A stretch of DNA of 59,440 bases, the filler included. It is 4 parts of 4 records of this genome, joined end to end, with 100 filler letters (N's around TTAATTAATTAA, not from the genome) between each part and the next. Parts side by side here need not be neighbours in the genome. Positions count along the whole stretch, not along the records: positions 1 to 29,855 come from SRR20825019_21; 3 more parts are not named here. One strand, given 5' to 3'. Position 1 is the first letter of the stretch, and each line of letters starts with the position of its first letter. Below the pieces are notes generated by a model, which was not told where the DNA came from, made no database searches, and saw only the letters and a program-made list of their open reading frames with translations. The position numbers and the translations under genes were made by a program. Of this stretch, positions 11,371 to 21,634 are shown one piece after another.

Positions 11371-12669
11371 TCATTCTTTTTTCTTATTCATACCGATCTT
11401 AAGGTAAACACTCAATTTATCACTTGCGATAAAACAGCCGACACTTGAAAAAACACAGAATAGGGGTACCACCAACATCCCTATCCGCAACCCATTGCTT
11501 CCTGGTTCAGTGGATGCCGCATCACTGATCATCCCCACCAGCAACGGGGATATGGCAGCGGACAGCATTCCTGCGCCCATCATAAAGATCCCTGTTGCCA
11601 GGGCCTCTTTTCCTGGACCTGCCGCCATATGGCCCGATCCAAAGGCAAAAGGCAATAGGAAGGCAAAGGCGAACATGGCCGGCACAAAGAGCGCAATGCC
11701 CATGAATGATGAGGGTGCAAAGAGCCCCAACATCGTTGAGACCGCGGCTATCATCAGTACCATGGCCGGAGGGTTCATCAGTTTGGTCGATCCGCGATTC
11801 ACCGCCCTATCGAACCATCTTCCCCCAAGTAAGGTTCCTAATATCCCCATAAGGCCCTGTAAAAGCCCGAACGACAGTCCCACCTCGGATACGGTCAGGC
11901 CATGGGTCCTGATCAAAAAAGGAGCGGTAAAGGTATAAAAGGGTGCGGTGGCAAAACCCAATAGATTGGCCACAATGAACAGCCATACAAATGAGGGCTT
12001 GGAGAACAATTTTTTGGCCGACACCAGAAAACCTTCGTCATTGGCCTTGGCCTGCAGCATCCCATAGTTGCCCTTGGCGAACAAAAGGACCAATAGAACC
12101 ACCAGCAACCCGATAATACCGGCACCGATAAAAGCGTACCGCCAGCCCAGATGATCGCTTATCCATCCTCCCAAGGCAAAGCCGATCATGGTTCCCAACG
12201 GAATTCCCATGGCAAACAGTCCGATGGCCCGTCCCCGAAAAGCGGCGGGTATCCGATCCACAATCATGGCATGGCTTGCAGATGTCCCTCCTGCCTCACC
12301 AAGGGCAACGCCAAAACGTGAAAAGGCAAGAAGAACAAACCCAAAGGCCAATCCACCCAATACGGTCATGGCACTCCATAGCAAAAGGCACAGCACCAAC
12401 ACTTGCTTTGCCCACCCTTTATCGGCTATTCGCGCAAGGGGCAAGGAGGCCAAGGAATAGCAAATGGAAAACGCGACCCCTGTAAGGAGACCGAGCTGTG
12501 TATCATTGAGGCCAAGGTCCAGCTTGATCGATTCCCCCAAAATAAATGGCAGCACCCTATCTATCTGACTAAAGATGCTGACCAATACCAAGGTGATCAA
12601 AAAGGCGGTCCTTCTCCAACCGGACAACAGGACATTTTCATTAGGGTATGACACTAGGGGTCTGTTCAT
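11371..12669 (-). CDS. MFS transporter (spinster-like)
   Basis: About 12 TM segments; DR..........DLGLNDTQLGLL, ARIADK, R.GVALGEAG and GWR.AF motifs. Confidence 0.9.
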   Translation of the reverse strand: MNRPLVSYPNENVLLSGWRRTAFLITLVLVSIFSQIDRVLPFILGESIKLDLGLNDTQLGLLTGVAFSICYSLASLPLARIADKGWAKQVLVLCLLLWSAMTVLGGLAFGFVLLAFSRFGVALGEAGGTSASHAMIVDRIPAAFRGRAIGLFAMGIPLGTMIGFALGGWISDHLGWRYAFIGAGIIGLLVVLLVLLFAKGNYGMLQAKANDEGFLVSAKKLFSKPSFVWLFIVANLLGFATAPFYTFTAPFLIRTHGLTVSEVGLSFGLLQGLMGILGTLLGGRWFDRAVNRGSTKLMNPPAMVLMIAAVSTMLGLFAPSSFMGIALFVPAMFAFAFLLPFAFGSGHMAAGPGKEALATGIFMMGAGMLSAAISPLLVGMISDAASTEPGSNGLRIGMLVVPLFCVFSSVGCFIASDKLSVYLKIGMNKKKE

Positions 12670-12686
12670 TCCTTTGGTTTTTTCGG

Positions 12687-13118
12687 TTATGGGACACGGG
12701 TCCAGTGAATAGTCCTACCTAACAGGGTCACTCCTTTAAAAGCCCTGGTTTCAAGTTCATTTTCACTTTGTAGTTCCCCTTTAAAACTATAGGTATTGCC
12801 ATCCTGGACACTGTACAATTTACCATTTTTGTACTCCCCTCCCCCATACACCAATTCGGTAATATGGGTTATCCCTTTTATGGGACGGTCCCGTAAGTTT
12901 TCATCTGGATTGTGCACATCTTTTTTGGGCGTGTTCCCATCCGGTTCGAACATCTCCCTAGACCATAGAAGCTTGGCCGAATAGATGTCTCCCTGCTTGA
13001 AGAACTCGATCTTATAGTCTTCACTTTGCCATACACCTATAATATGGTCCGGTCCCAATTTTTGGGCCATTGAACTGAGCGATATCAAAAAGATCGCTGC
13101 TAAAAACAAATTTCTCAT
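12687..13118 (-). CDS. DUF2147-like secreted protein
   Basis: Signal peptide; G.W, D.HNPDENLRDRP..G, G..Y...DG.TY and terminal WTRV. Confidence 0.78.
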   Translation of the reverse strand: MRNLFLAAIFLISLSSMAQKLGPDHIIGVWQSEDYKIEFFKQGDIYSAKLLWSREMFEPDGNTPKKDVHNPDENLRDRPIKGITHITELVYGGGEYKNGKLYSVQDGNTYSFKGELQSENELETRAFKGVTLLGRTIHWTRVP

Positions 13119-14065
13119 ATAACTGGTTTTTGATAATACACTTTTGCAAATTCTTTGGCGAAATCGGTGAGTTTCACTTTTCCCAATTCCGGTCTGTTTT
13201 TATAATAATCCTCATATAGGATCCCATTCACCCTACTGGTATTCATTTCGGTCAGGCCCATGGCCACATCGGGGTTCATTCCCAGATACAAAAGGTCGTA
13301 GACAAACTGTTCATCGGAGACCTGTACCCATTTGAGGTCAGGTTTCCCAATGGCCGACCCCAGCACACGTGCCACCTGATTGGGCGAAACCTCGTCACTG
13401 GCTATGTAACGGACCGTCCTTCCGTCAAAGGGCAGTTCCATTTCTTCGGAAATGACCTCTGCAATGTCCAGATGGGAAACCCAAGGTTCCCTTTGTTCAC
13501 CACCATAGTTTTGAAAGATGGCACTCTCTTCCCGGATACTGGGGATGAAGGAAAACATATTGTAATAGAAGCCCACCGGCCTCATAAACTTGATATGGAT
13601 ATGATCCGGGAGTGCCCTCAAGGTTTCCTCCACGTAATAGTGCGCATTGAGCAACCCTACCCCATAACCGGTGTGCGCTCCTATTGTACTGAGGTGGATG
13701 ACTTTGGACACCCCGGAATTTTTAAGGGCATGGGCAAAACTATCGGCCAGCTTGAAATGTTCCGCATCGATATCCATGACATGGTTGAAATAGGCCCTGG
13801 TATTCGCATTGATGGCTTCCATGAGGTAAACCACATCCGCTCCCCTGAACGTTTCGGTCAAAAAGCCGACATCCTGCAATTTTCCAATGGTGGCCCTTAC
13901 CTGTTTCCCATCCCATGGTGGGTTCAAGGCCTCGATGGCGAATTGCCGTTCCGGTCTGCTGCTTATGATGGTCACCTGATGCCCCTTTTCGATCAAGGAC
14001 AGGGCCAATGGACGACTGATATGCCCCAAGGATCCCGTTAAAATGATTTTCATACGATCCGCCAT
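13115..14065 (-). CDS. NmrA-family NAD(P)-binding protein
   Basis: TGSLGHI and RPVGFYYN. Paralog of 19061-19957. Start could be 14065 or 14053. Confidence 0.85.
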   Translation of the reverse strand: MADRMKIILTGSLGHISRPLALSLIEKGHQVTIISSRPERQFAIEALNPPWDGKQVRATIGKLQDVGFLTETFRGADVVYLMEAINANTRAYFNHVMDIDAEHFKLADSFAHALKNSGVSKVIHLSTIGAHTGYGVGLLNAHYYVEETLRALPDHIHIKFMRPVGFYYNMFSFIPSIREESAIFQNYGGEQREPWVSHLDIAEVISEEMELPFDGRTVRYIASDEVSPNQVARVLGSAIGKPDLKWVQVSDEQFVYDLLYLGMNPDVAMGLTEMNTSRVNGILYEDYYKNRPELGKVKLTDFAKEFAKVYYQKPVI

Positions 14066-14066
14066 A

Positions 14067-14849
14067 TTAACCAGCAACTCTTAACTGTTTCAACTTTCTG
14101 AACTCGCCATGGCCATATTTGATCAGGGCGTTCGGCAGGATCCTTCCCAATACTTTTAAGATCTTGGCCAGGCCCGGGGTGATTTCCGGTCTATCCCTCA
14201 AAATCCCATCGATGGCATCCATCACCATTTTCTCGACATCCATCATCCTTCCTTCCGGGGGTGGCAATACCCAATGGTTTTGGAGATTGGTCCTCACCCC
14301 TGGTGGCAGTACCTCGAACACTTTGATATTGGAATCTTCCAGTTGCAAACGCAAGACCTTGGTATAAGCATGGGCACCCGCTTTTGAAGCACTATAGATG
14401 GGTGCTATGGTGTACGGTAGATAGGCAATACTGGAAGTGACATTGATGATTGCTGCGGAAGTCTTTGTCCTCAAGTGTGGCAAGAACTTATGGGTCATTT
14501 GAATGGTTCCCGTCAAATTCGTCGCAATTTCTTGATTGATGCTCAACAGATCCATGGCATTGTCCTGAAGATCGATCTGACGCATTAGCCCGGCATTGTT
14601 GATCATAATGTTCAACTCGGGAAACTGCTGGACCACCTCGTTATAAAGCCTTTCGATGGATTCAGGCTCGCTGACATCGCTTTGGATGATATGTGCTTTT
14701 GGAAACCTTTTCTTGGTTTCCTCCAACGTATGGAGATTTCGACCGGTCACAATGATCTTGGCATCCAAATAGGTGAGCTGTCTCACGAATTCAAGCCCGA
14801 TACCACTTGTACCGCCCGTGATCAATATGGTGCTGTTTTTCAATTCCAT
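14067..14849 (-). CDS. SDR oxidoreductase (DltE-like)
   Basis: TGGTSGIG, NNAG, YSASK and FEVLPP. Start at MELKNS (14849). Confidence 0.9.
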   Translation of the reverse strand: MELKNSTILITGGTSGIGLEFVRQLTYLDAKIIVTGRNLHTLEETKKRFPKAHIIQSDVSEPESIERLYNEVVQQFPELNIMINNAGLMRQIDLQDNAMDLLSINQEIATNLTGTIQMTHKFLPHLRTKTSAAIINVTSSIAYLPYTIAPIYSASKAGAHAYTKVLRLQLEDSNIKVFEVLPPGVRTNLQNHWVLPPPEGRMMDVEKMVMDAIDGILRDRPEITPGLAKILKVLGRILPNALIKYGHGEFRKLKQLRVAG

Positions 14850-14877
14850 TTCTTTGCTATGTTTCGATGCTTTCCTT

Positions 14878-17277
14878 TTATAGTTCAACCCTGACTCCGA
14901 AGGTGGGAAACACCCCGAGGCCGATATTGGAAATTACCCCCGTCTCTGGAATGAAGGTCTCTAGGTTCACATTGAACCGGTTGGTGATGTTCACCAAATC
15001 CACAAAGGCGGAAAAAGTGCCCCAACTCCGTAGGACGTTATAATCCACCCTCAGGTCCAAACTGATGAAATCGGGTAGCCGGTCCCCATTGATCGCAGTG
15101 ATCTCTTGGCTATATCGGAGCATTTCGGGGTCATTGAACACATCTTCATGGATGATATATTCATCGGTCGGCCTACCCGTGCTATAGCGGAACTTCCCTG
15201 AGAAAATCCACTTGTCATTGGGCTTATAGCTCCCCAAAAAACTGAAGGTATGGGGCACACTGAAGATATAGTCATATTCGCCCAGACCATCATTGTCGTC
15301 CCTGACACTCTCCATGTAGGAATAACTGATCTGTCCATAGTAATTCTTCGATAGCCTTTTGGTCAGACTGATGTCCGCTCCATAGGCATGGCCCGTACCG
15401 TCATTGGTCAAGAAACTCTCGGCCCGGTTGGGCTGTACGATAAGGTCGTCAAACTCCTTGTACCAACCTTCCGCAATGAATTTCAGGTCACTGGAAATTT
15501 GGATCTTATAGCCAAGAATGGACTGGAAGGAACGCTCATTTTTGAGGAGGTTTCCGTCGGATTGGCCTGCCACATCCGGATAGGCCGCATCCTGATAATA
15601 GAGCCCTGTAGCAAAATTAAGGCTGTGTTTTTCGCTCAAGGCCAAGCTTCCGCTCAATCTGGGGGAAAGGGTATGCTGCTCGGTAAATCCGGTATAATCG
15701 TAGCGGACACCAGGGTTCAAGGTAAATCGATTGGACACTTTCCAAGAGGCATTGATGTAACCGGAACCGTTGAAGGCGTTATCATCGAACCTTGAATTGA
15801 ACAGGGCGGGATCCAACACCTCGTACAGTTGCGATGGGTTGTCACTGATGTCCCTTGTCCGGAACGTATATAGGGTATCCATACGGCTCAATCGTCTTTC
15901 ATAGTCCAGATTGACCATCGCGGCATCGACTCCCGCTGTCAGGGTAAGCCTATCAAAATTTTTGGTATAGATGGAACGATAGCCCACTTCCTGTTGGTCA
16001 TTGAGAATGTTCCGTATACGTTCCTCATAACCCCCGGCCAATGGGTCCAATATGACCCCTTCGTCATCAAGGGACGGGTTGAACCTCCCAAAATTGTTGT
16101 CCACGCTTGAGGATCGATAATACAGTACATTGGTGAGGTAACTGTTGGAATTCAGCAAGGTCCTCAGATTAAGTCCCACTACGGCCTGGCTTCTTTCGTG
16201 GTCCCACAGCACGGTACGGCCACTATTGTCCTCATTGATCTCCATGCCCGGTTCCAGGTCATCAATGGTCCTACTGGCCGCTTCGGGATTGATCATGGCA
16301 ATGACCGAAAGCTTATTTTTTTCATTGAGCTGTGTGGTGGTCTTCACCAGGTAATCGCCAAATGATATGGAGGCCTGCTGTTCGTCCAACAGGTTGATCA
16401 GCATCCCAAAGTTTTGGTACCTGGCGGACATAAAAATACTTGTCTTCTCGGATATCGGCCCATCGGCGATCAGGGTGGCCCCCAACAGATCGAACTGCCC
16501 GCTAACGGACCAGGATGCCCTGTTGCCCTCCTTGACCCCGAGACTGAGAAAAGATGAGGACCTCCGTCCATAGGTTGCCCCGAACCCGCCATTCTGGAAC
16601 TGTACATTGTCAATGATACGCGGGGCAAAAATGCTGAACCGGCCACCATTGGGGTCGTTGAAACCTGAATTGAAACCTTCGGCCTCCAAGTGGGAAAGGT
16701 TGAACATGGGAATGTCATCGACCATATAGACATTGTCACGCGTGCCTTGCCCCCTGGCTGCGATGGCAGAGAATTGGGAGCCACTGCTGACCACCCCGGG
16801 TAGGCTTGACAAGGCCCTCATAATGTCCCCTTGTGCACCGGGATTCCTGAAAATCTCCTCCCTGGAATAGGAAAAGGCGGATACCGGAACCTGCGGATTG
16901 GTCTCCCCTTTGTAAACGCTCACCGTTACCCCGTCCAACTCGGAAACCTCCTCTAAAAGCTCGTATTCCGAATAATAGGTCTTATTGGCCGTAATGGTCA
17001 TTTCACTGATCTTCTTGGTCTGGAACCCGATATAGGAAATGGTCACTGCATAGGTGCCCACGGGAATATCATCGACCTTAAAGACACCATTATCATCCGT
17101 AATGGCGCCAAGTTCTGTGTTGTCAATGGCCACACTGGCTCCCATTACGGGCTGTTTGGTGACCTGCTCAATGATCTTTCCCTGAAAGCTTCCCGTTGAT
17201 TGGGCAAACACGGCCACATGGGCAAAAAAAAGGAACACTCCCGTCAAAAGATGTTTATTGTCCAAAATAGATTTCAT
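14878..17277 (-). CDS. TonB-dependent receptor with N-terminal carboxypeptidase-regulatory-like domain
   Basis: Signal peptide; GTYAVTISYIGF domain; plug LSSLPGV/ARG; barrel motifs NPGVRYDY and SPRLS; C-terminal beta strand FGVRVEL. Confidence 0.92.
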   Translation of the reverse strand: MKSILDNKHLLTGVFLFFAHVAVFAQSTGSFQGKIIEQVTKQPVMGASVAIDNTELGAITDDNGVFKVDDIPVGTYAVTISYIGFQTKKISEMTITANKTYYSEYELLEEVSELDGVTVSVYKGETNPQVPVSAFSYSREEIFRNPGAQGDIMRALSSLPGVVSSGSQFSAIAARGQGTRDNVYMVDDIPMFNLSHLEAEGFNSGFNDPNGGRFSIFAPRIIDNVQFQNGGFGATYGRRSSSFLSLGVKEGNRASWSVSGQFDLLGATLIADGPISEKTSIFMSARYQNFGMLINLLDEQQASISFGDYLVKTTTQLNEKNKLSVIAMINPEAASRTIDDLEPGMEINEDNSGRTVLWDHERSQAVVGLNLRTLLNSNSYLTNVLYYRSSSVDNNFGRFNPSLDDEGVILDPLAGGYEERIRNILNDQQEVGYRSIYTKNFDRLTLTAGVDAAMVNLDYERRLSRMDTLYTFRTRDISDNPSQLYEVLDPALFNSRFDDNAFNGSGYINASWKVSNRFTLNPGVRYDYTGFTEQHTLSPRLSGSLALSEKHSLNFATGLYYQDAAYPDVAGQSDGNLLKNERSFQSILGYKIQISSDLKFIAEGWYKEFDDLIVQPNRAESFLTNDGTGHAYGADISLTKRLSKNYYGQISYSYMESVRDDNDGLGEYDYIFSVPHTFSFLGSYKPNDKWIFSGKFRYSTGRPTDEYIIHEDVFNDPEMLRYSQEITAINGDRLPDFISLDLRVDYNVLRSWGTFSAFVDLVNITNRFNVNLETFIPETGVISNIGLGVFPTFGVRVEL

Positions 17278-17300
17278 AGATATTTAAATTTTTGTTTGGA

Positions 17301-17360
17301 CAAAGTTCCCTTGAAGTTGACCGTAAAATGTAACCGAAAGTCGCAGGGTTGTAGTTAAAA
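17301..17360 (-). promoter_or_regulatory. Promoter with paired TGTARYCRAA-like repeats (TBDR)
   Basis: On the + strand: CAAA at 17301, TGTAACCGAAA at 17329, TGTAGTTAAAA at 17350 (offsets 28 and 49). Confidence 0.62.
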
Positions 17361-17392
17361 AGGAATGTCATACCATTGGTTCTCTAGGCATT

Positions 17393-18265
17393 TTAAAACC
17401 ATCCGATGATGCCCGGGCCCCACGAAAACCGGGTCATAAAGTAAGTGCCCAACAATACAAATCCGGTAGCCACCAATAACAGCAATGAGGCGGTGAACTT
17501 TAGAAATGGGCTTGCTTTGAAATTTTTGACCCTGATAAAAACTTCGGCTATCAGTAAGTTGGGCACATAGAAAAAAAAGTCCATGATCTGGTCAAAGGGC
17601 CCGCTAAAATTGCTTGCTCTTCCCAAACCACCCGTCAACAAGGTCCAAAACCCATAATCCATTCGGTACAGCCATGACCCGATGGCCAGGGCATACAGAC
17701 GCAGTGCCCATGCCGAATGCCGTTCAAATTGTCTCTTTACCGCGTAGCGATAGGTCAGGACAGTGGCCAAAAACATCAGCATACCATAGATTGAAAATCC
17801 AATGTCCATCATCAACCCTCCCACGGTGCCCCGTATCGCGATAAAAATCAGGCCTCCGATCGATGCAACCAGACTGGACACCAAATAAAGCTTTCCTATT
17901 CCCCGGTGGACGGAAGGGTATTTGATCCGGATCCAATCCACCAATTGGATACTTCCCAAAAGCAATATGACCCCTCCTGCAAGGAAGTGTGCCCCTATAC
18001 CCGTGTTTGCCACCACCGCGTCTTCCTGATAAAGGTTGGGCAACATCCGGTTCCAATCCATCATTTCACCACGGTAAAGGGACGAAGCGTAAAAGGCCAA
18101 GATATACAGGCCGAAAAGTGCGGCACTGAGCCATACGGATACGACCAATAGCCTACTGGACCAGCGTAAGGTTTGGGCGCTTATTTTAGCTATTTGGGAA
18201 TTATCCTCCCCAATGGAAACGGCCATGGATCTTGTCAAATTTGGTTTGGGATGGTTGTTGTTCAT
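17393..18265 (-). CDS. DUF2306-like membrane protein
   Basis: Multi-TM. H..AG, QL...IR..YP.VHR..G..Y and H..WALRLY motifs. Confidence 0.8.
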   Translation of the reverse strand: MNNNHPKPNLTRSMAVSIGEDNSQIAKISAQTLRWSSRLLVVSVWLSAALFGLYILAFYASSLYRGEMMDWNRMLPNLYQEDAVVANTGIGAHFLAGGVILLLGSIQLVDWIRIKYPSVHRGIGKLYLVSSLVASIGGLIFIAIRGTVGGLMMDIGFSIYGMLMFLATVLTYRYAVKRQFERHSAWALRLYALAIGSWLYRMDYGFWTLLTGGLGRASNFSGPFDQIMDFFFYVPNLLIAEVFIRVKNFKASPFLKFTASLLLLVATGFVLLGTYFMTRFSWGPGIIGWF

Positions 18266-18350
18266 TGCAATGGGATAATTGATTAAGATGGAAAACAGAC
18301 AGATGGACCAAGGGTCGAACCCGCATATTTCCTTACATGGTTTATAGGTT

Positions 18351-18410
18351 CAAAAATTAGCAAAGCATACACAAGGGATGTAGCCAAAACTCACTTTCTT
18401 GAAGTCAAAA
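18351..18410 (-). promoter_or_regulatory. Promoter with paired repeats (DUF2306 gene)
   Basis: CAAA at 18351, TGTAGCCAAAA at 18379, TGAAGTCAAAA at 18400. Confidence 0.62.
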
Positions 18411-18620
18411 GGCGCCAAAGGAAGGGACAGACCTGTCCTTAAAGGTCGAACAGATGGGTTTTATCCCCCATTCATCAATCGACCCTAGGGGGGAAAGCCC
18501 TCCGGTCCGTGGTTATCATCAATCAACTTAGAACAACCAAAAAAGTCCTTTGGGACCGAAGGGACATTCCCATTTTTAGGGTAAAAAACAAACCTATTTC
18601 ACAACTAAACTTGCGATGTA

Positions 18621-18680
18621 CAAATGTGGTCATAAATCAAAGCAACGATGTAGTCGAATCATCCCTAATTGTAGCCAAAA
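18621..18680 (-). promoter_or_regulatory. Promoter with paired repeats and no adjacent long ORF
   Basis: CAAA at 18621, TGTAGTCGAAT at 18649, TGTAGCCAAAA at 18670. Confidence 0.55.
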
Positions 18681-18973
18681 GGACATAGGTCGGCATGGGC
18701 TGCAAGTAAATTTTGGGATTATGGAAAAAATGAAAAATCAGGTCCCTCTATATAAGGTATCATACGTCATCCGGGCACAGTTGGACCTTAGGGATACCCA
18801 AAAACCCTTATAAAATGGACAGACCTGGGTACAATGAAGATTGAAAACCATGATTTTTGGGTTGGCACACTTTTCATTAAAACATACAGCAGGCACCCCT
18901 TGAAAACAACCCTGATGGGGAAGGCAAAATTGAATCGCTATCAGTTTGCTCCACAAAGCACCAAGAACCTGTC

Positions 18974-19033
18974 ATTTGACTACAAGAACCTGAATTACGG
19001 TTAGCCGGGGCACAGGAAGTATGTGCAATTTTG
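18974..19033 (+). promoter_or_regulatory. Promoter with paired repeats (NmrA-AraC pair), opposite orientation
   Basis: ATTTGACTACA ends at 18984, TTACGGTTAGC ends at 19005, TTTG ends at 19033 (same 21 and 28 spacing). Confidence 0.58.
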
Positions 19034-19060
19034 AACCTGTTAATCCTTAAAAAAGAAATC

Positions 19061-19957
19061 ATGAAAATTACCCTGACAGGATCATTGGGCCATATTGGAC
19101 AACCACTGACCAAAAAATTGATCGAAGGGGGGCACGAGGTCACCGTGATCAGTAGTAACCCCTTAAGAGGAGCCGCTATTCAAAATATGGGGGCATCGGC
19201 ACGTATTGGCAATCTTGAAGATGCCGGCTTTTTGACAGATAGTTTCCATGGGGCGGACGCGGTTTTCACCATGGTCCCACCCAACAACTATTTTGACCCG
19301 AATCTGGACCTTATTGCTTATTATGCCCGTTTGGGCCAAAATTATGCATTGGCCCTATTGACATCAAAGGTCAAACGGGTAGTCAACCTAAGTACCATTG
19401 GGGGCCATTTGGAAAAGGGGAACGGTATTTTAAAGGGGGCCTATCAGGTGGAGCAGACATTGAATACCCTTGTACCCGATATTACCCTGACCCATGTGCG
19501 CCCCACGGCCTTTTATTACAATCTCTACGGATATATGAAAATGATAAAAACGGACAAGGCCATCTTTACGAACTATGGAAGCAAAGCTATCCCATGGGTA
19601 TCCCCGAAGGATATAGCGGAAACCATTGCCGAGGAGCTCGTCCGCTCCGGTTCCGCTCCCTCGTTTCGATATGTGGTCAGTGAGGAACGCAATGGCCAAG
19701 AGACAGCGGCAATTTTGGGTAGGGCCATTGGGGTGCCTGAGCTCTCATGGCAGGTCATTTCGGACACCATTGTTGTGGACGCCCTAAAATCCATGGGGAT
19801 GAACTCCGTAATTGCCGAAGGGCTCACGGAGATGTACGCTGCCATGGAATCCGGTCTTTTGACCGAGCACTACGAGCAGCACAGGCCCGAACCAGGAAAG
19901 GTAGGCCTTACCGATTTTGCCAAGGAATTTGCGGAAGCTTACCAAAATAACCATTAA
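19061..19957 (+). CDS. NmrA-family NAD(P)-binding protein
   Basis: MKITLTGSLGHIG and RPTAFYYN; paralog of 13115-14065. Confidence 0.88.
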   Translation: MKITLTGSLGHIGQPLTKKLIEGGHEVTVISSNPLRGAAIQNMGASARIGNLEDAGFLTDSFHGADAVFTMVPPNNYFDPNLDLIAYYARLGQNYALALLTSKVKRVVNLSTIGGHLEKGNGILKGAYQVEQTLNTLVPDITLTHVRPTAFYYNLYGYMKMIKTDKAIFTNYGSKAIPWVSPKDIAETIAEELVRSGSAPSFRYVVSEERNGQETAAILGRAIGVPELSWQVISDTIVVDALKSMGMNSVIAEGLTEMYAAMESGLLTEHYEQHRPEPGKVGLTDFAKEFAEAYQNNH

Positions 19958-19966
19958 ATTGGTGGT

Positions 19967-20878
19967 ATGGAGAACAAGGCACCCCATGAATTTCAGAGCA
20001 TAAGCGCATATCATCAATTCAGGGGTTTACCGGCCCCTGAACACCCCTTGATCAGTGTCATCAATTTTGACGATATCCAATTAAGGACGGATGAACCCGA
20101 TCGCATGGTTTCCAGTTACTTCACCATTGCCCTAAAGCGACATCCCGGGGCCCGGTTAACATATGGACAACAGGAATATGATTTTAACGAAGGGGTCATG
20201 CTCTTCATGGCACCGGGACAGGTTTTTGGAATCCGTGGGTCAATAAATGAAAGGCCCAAGGGGTGGTTGTTGATGGTCCATCCCGATTTTCTATGGAACA
20301 CCCATCTGGCCCGTGGCATAAAGGATTATGAATATTTTGATTACAGTGCCAACGAGGCCCTTTTTCTCTCCCAAAAAGAGGAAGGCTCCATCATCGAAAT
20401 CTTAAAGGGCATCGCCCAGGAATACCATGCGAACATGGACCATTTCAGCCATAGCATCATCATTGCACAATTGGACCTGCTCCTATCCTATTCCCAACGG
20501 TATTACAATAGGCAGTTCATCACCCGAAGGATCACCAACCATAAAATGGTGGAACGGTTGGAAAAATTGTTGAACACCTACTTTTCGGATGACACCTATC
20601 AACTGGGGGGTATCCCTACCGTAGAGCAAGTGGCGGGATGGTTGCATGTTTCCCCTAAATATCTCAGTGGGCTTTTAAAGGGGATTACGGGGCAATCCAC
20701 ACAACAGCATATCCATAACAAACTTATTGACAAGGCCAAGGAAAAATTGTCCACCAGTACCTTATCGGTCAGTGAGATTGCCTATGAACTGGGCTTTGAA
20801 CATCCACAGAGTTTCAGCAAATTTTTCAAATCGAAGACCGACCAGTCCCCCACTACATTCCGTTCCAGTTTCAATTAG
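19967..20878 (+). CDS. AraC-family transcriptional regulator
   Basis: YGQQEYDFNEG and EIAYELGFEHPQSFSKFFK. Confidence 0.92.
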   Translation: MENKAPHEFQSISAYHQFRGLPAPEHPLISVINFDDIQLRTDEPDRMVSSYFTIALKRHPGARLTYGQQEYDFNEGVMLFMAPGQVFGIRGSINERPKGWLLMVHPDFLWNTHLARGIKDYEYFDYSANEALFLSQKEEGSIIEILKGIAQEYHANMDHFSHSIIIAQLDLLLSYSQRYYNRQFITRRITNHKMVERLEKLLNTYFSDDTYQLGGIPTVEQVAGWLHVSPKYLSGLLKGITGQSTQQHIHNKLIDKAKEKLSTSTLSVSEIAYELGFEHPQSFSKFFKSKTDQSPTTFRSSFN

Positions 20879-21142
20879 ACACATATCTTTCGGGCCCATT
20901 TTAAACTATCTCGGATAGGGTTTCAAGGGTTGTTTGAGGGTTGATACCATTTACATTAACTTCAAAAGCATCCCTAATTCCGTTTCTCCCAGTGATGGTT
21001 CGAAATATTCGGTGCACCATAGGTAATGGTGCTTGAGGCCCAAGAAATACCTCCTACTACAAAATCATCTTCTGTATCAAGTGCGTTGTTGTCATAAATC
21101 AGGCCATTTACATGGATTAGGTTCGGAACCTCCCTTCTGGAA

Positions 21143-21511
21143 TTATTTTGGTTGGTTTTCATCGGCCAACTTTTTTCTATGACCAACACCCCAATCTATC
21201 AAGGACTCCAATACCCCGTTCAAGGAAGCACTATAGTCATCGAGTACATACTCCACAATGACCGGAAATTCATCAACGAGCACATTACGTGTGACCAAAC
21301 CATTTGATTCGAGGGATTTCAGCTCAGCTGACAGCACCTTTGCCGATATTCCGGACACCGCCCGTTGAATTTCATTGAAACGCTTGTTCCCTTCCCTAAG
21401 GGCGATGATAATACGCAATTTCCATTTGCCCCCAATGACGTATAGGGCATCCTCCATGGCATGGATATAGGCATTGCATTGGGTTTTATCCGGTTCTGTG
21501 CTCGTTTTCAT
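21143..21511 (-). CDS. HxlR-family winged-helix regulator
   Basis: N-terminal Cys, IGGKWK, RFNEI, ISAKVLS.EL..LE and VEY.L. Confidence 0.9.
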   Translation of the reverse strand: MKTSTEPDKTQCNAYIHAMEDALYVIGGKWKLRIIIALREGNKRFNEIQRAVSGISAKVLSAELKSLESNGLVTRNVLVDEFPVIVEYVLDDYSASLNGVLESLIDWGVGHRKKLADENQPK

Positions 21512-21527
21512 TACACATCAATAAACT

Positions 21528-21545
21528 ACTTACCTTTTTGTAAGT
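21528..21545. promoter_or_regulatory. Palindromic operator between divergent HxlR and DoxX genes
   Basis: ACTTAC-CTTTTT-GTAAGT. Confidence 0.55.
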
Positions 21546-21634
21546 CGGTTACATTTTGTTCAGTAGTGATTTTTGTATAGTAAATATAAATAATTTTATC
21601 GCTCATTAAATCCAATTAATCAATACTGTTAAAA

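Noticed and set aside
20974-21189. 71-aa ORF
   Set aside because: Overlaps the HxlR 3' end and has no recognisable motif; may be a gene fragment but cannot be supported.
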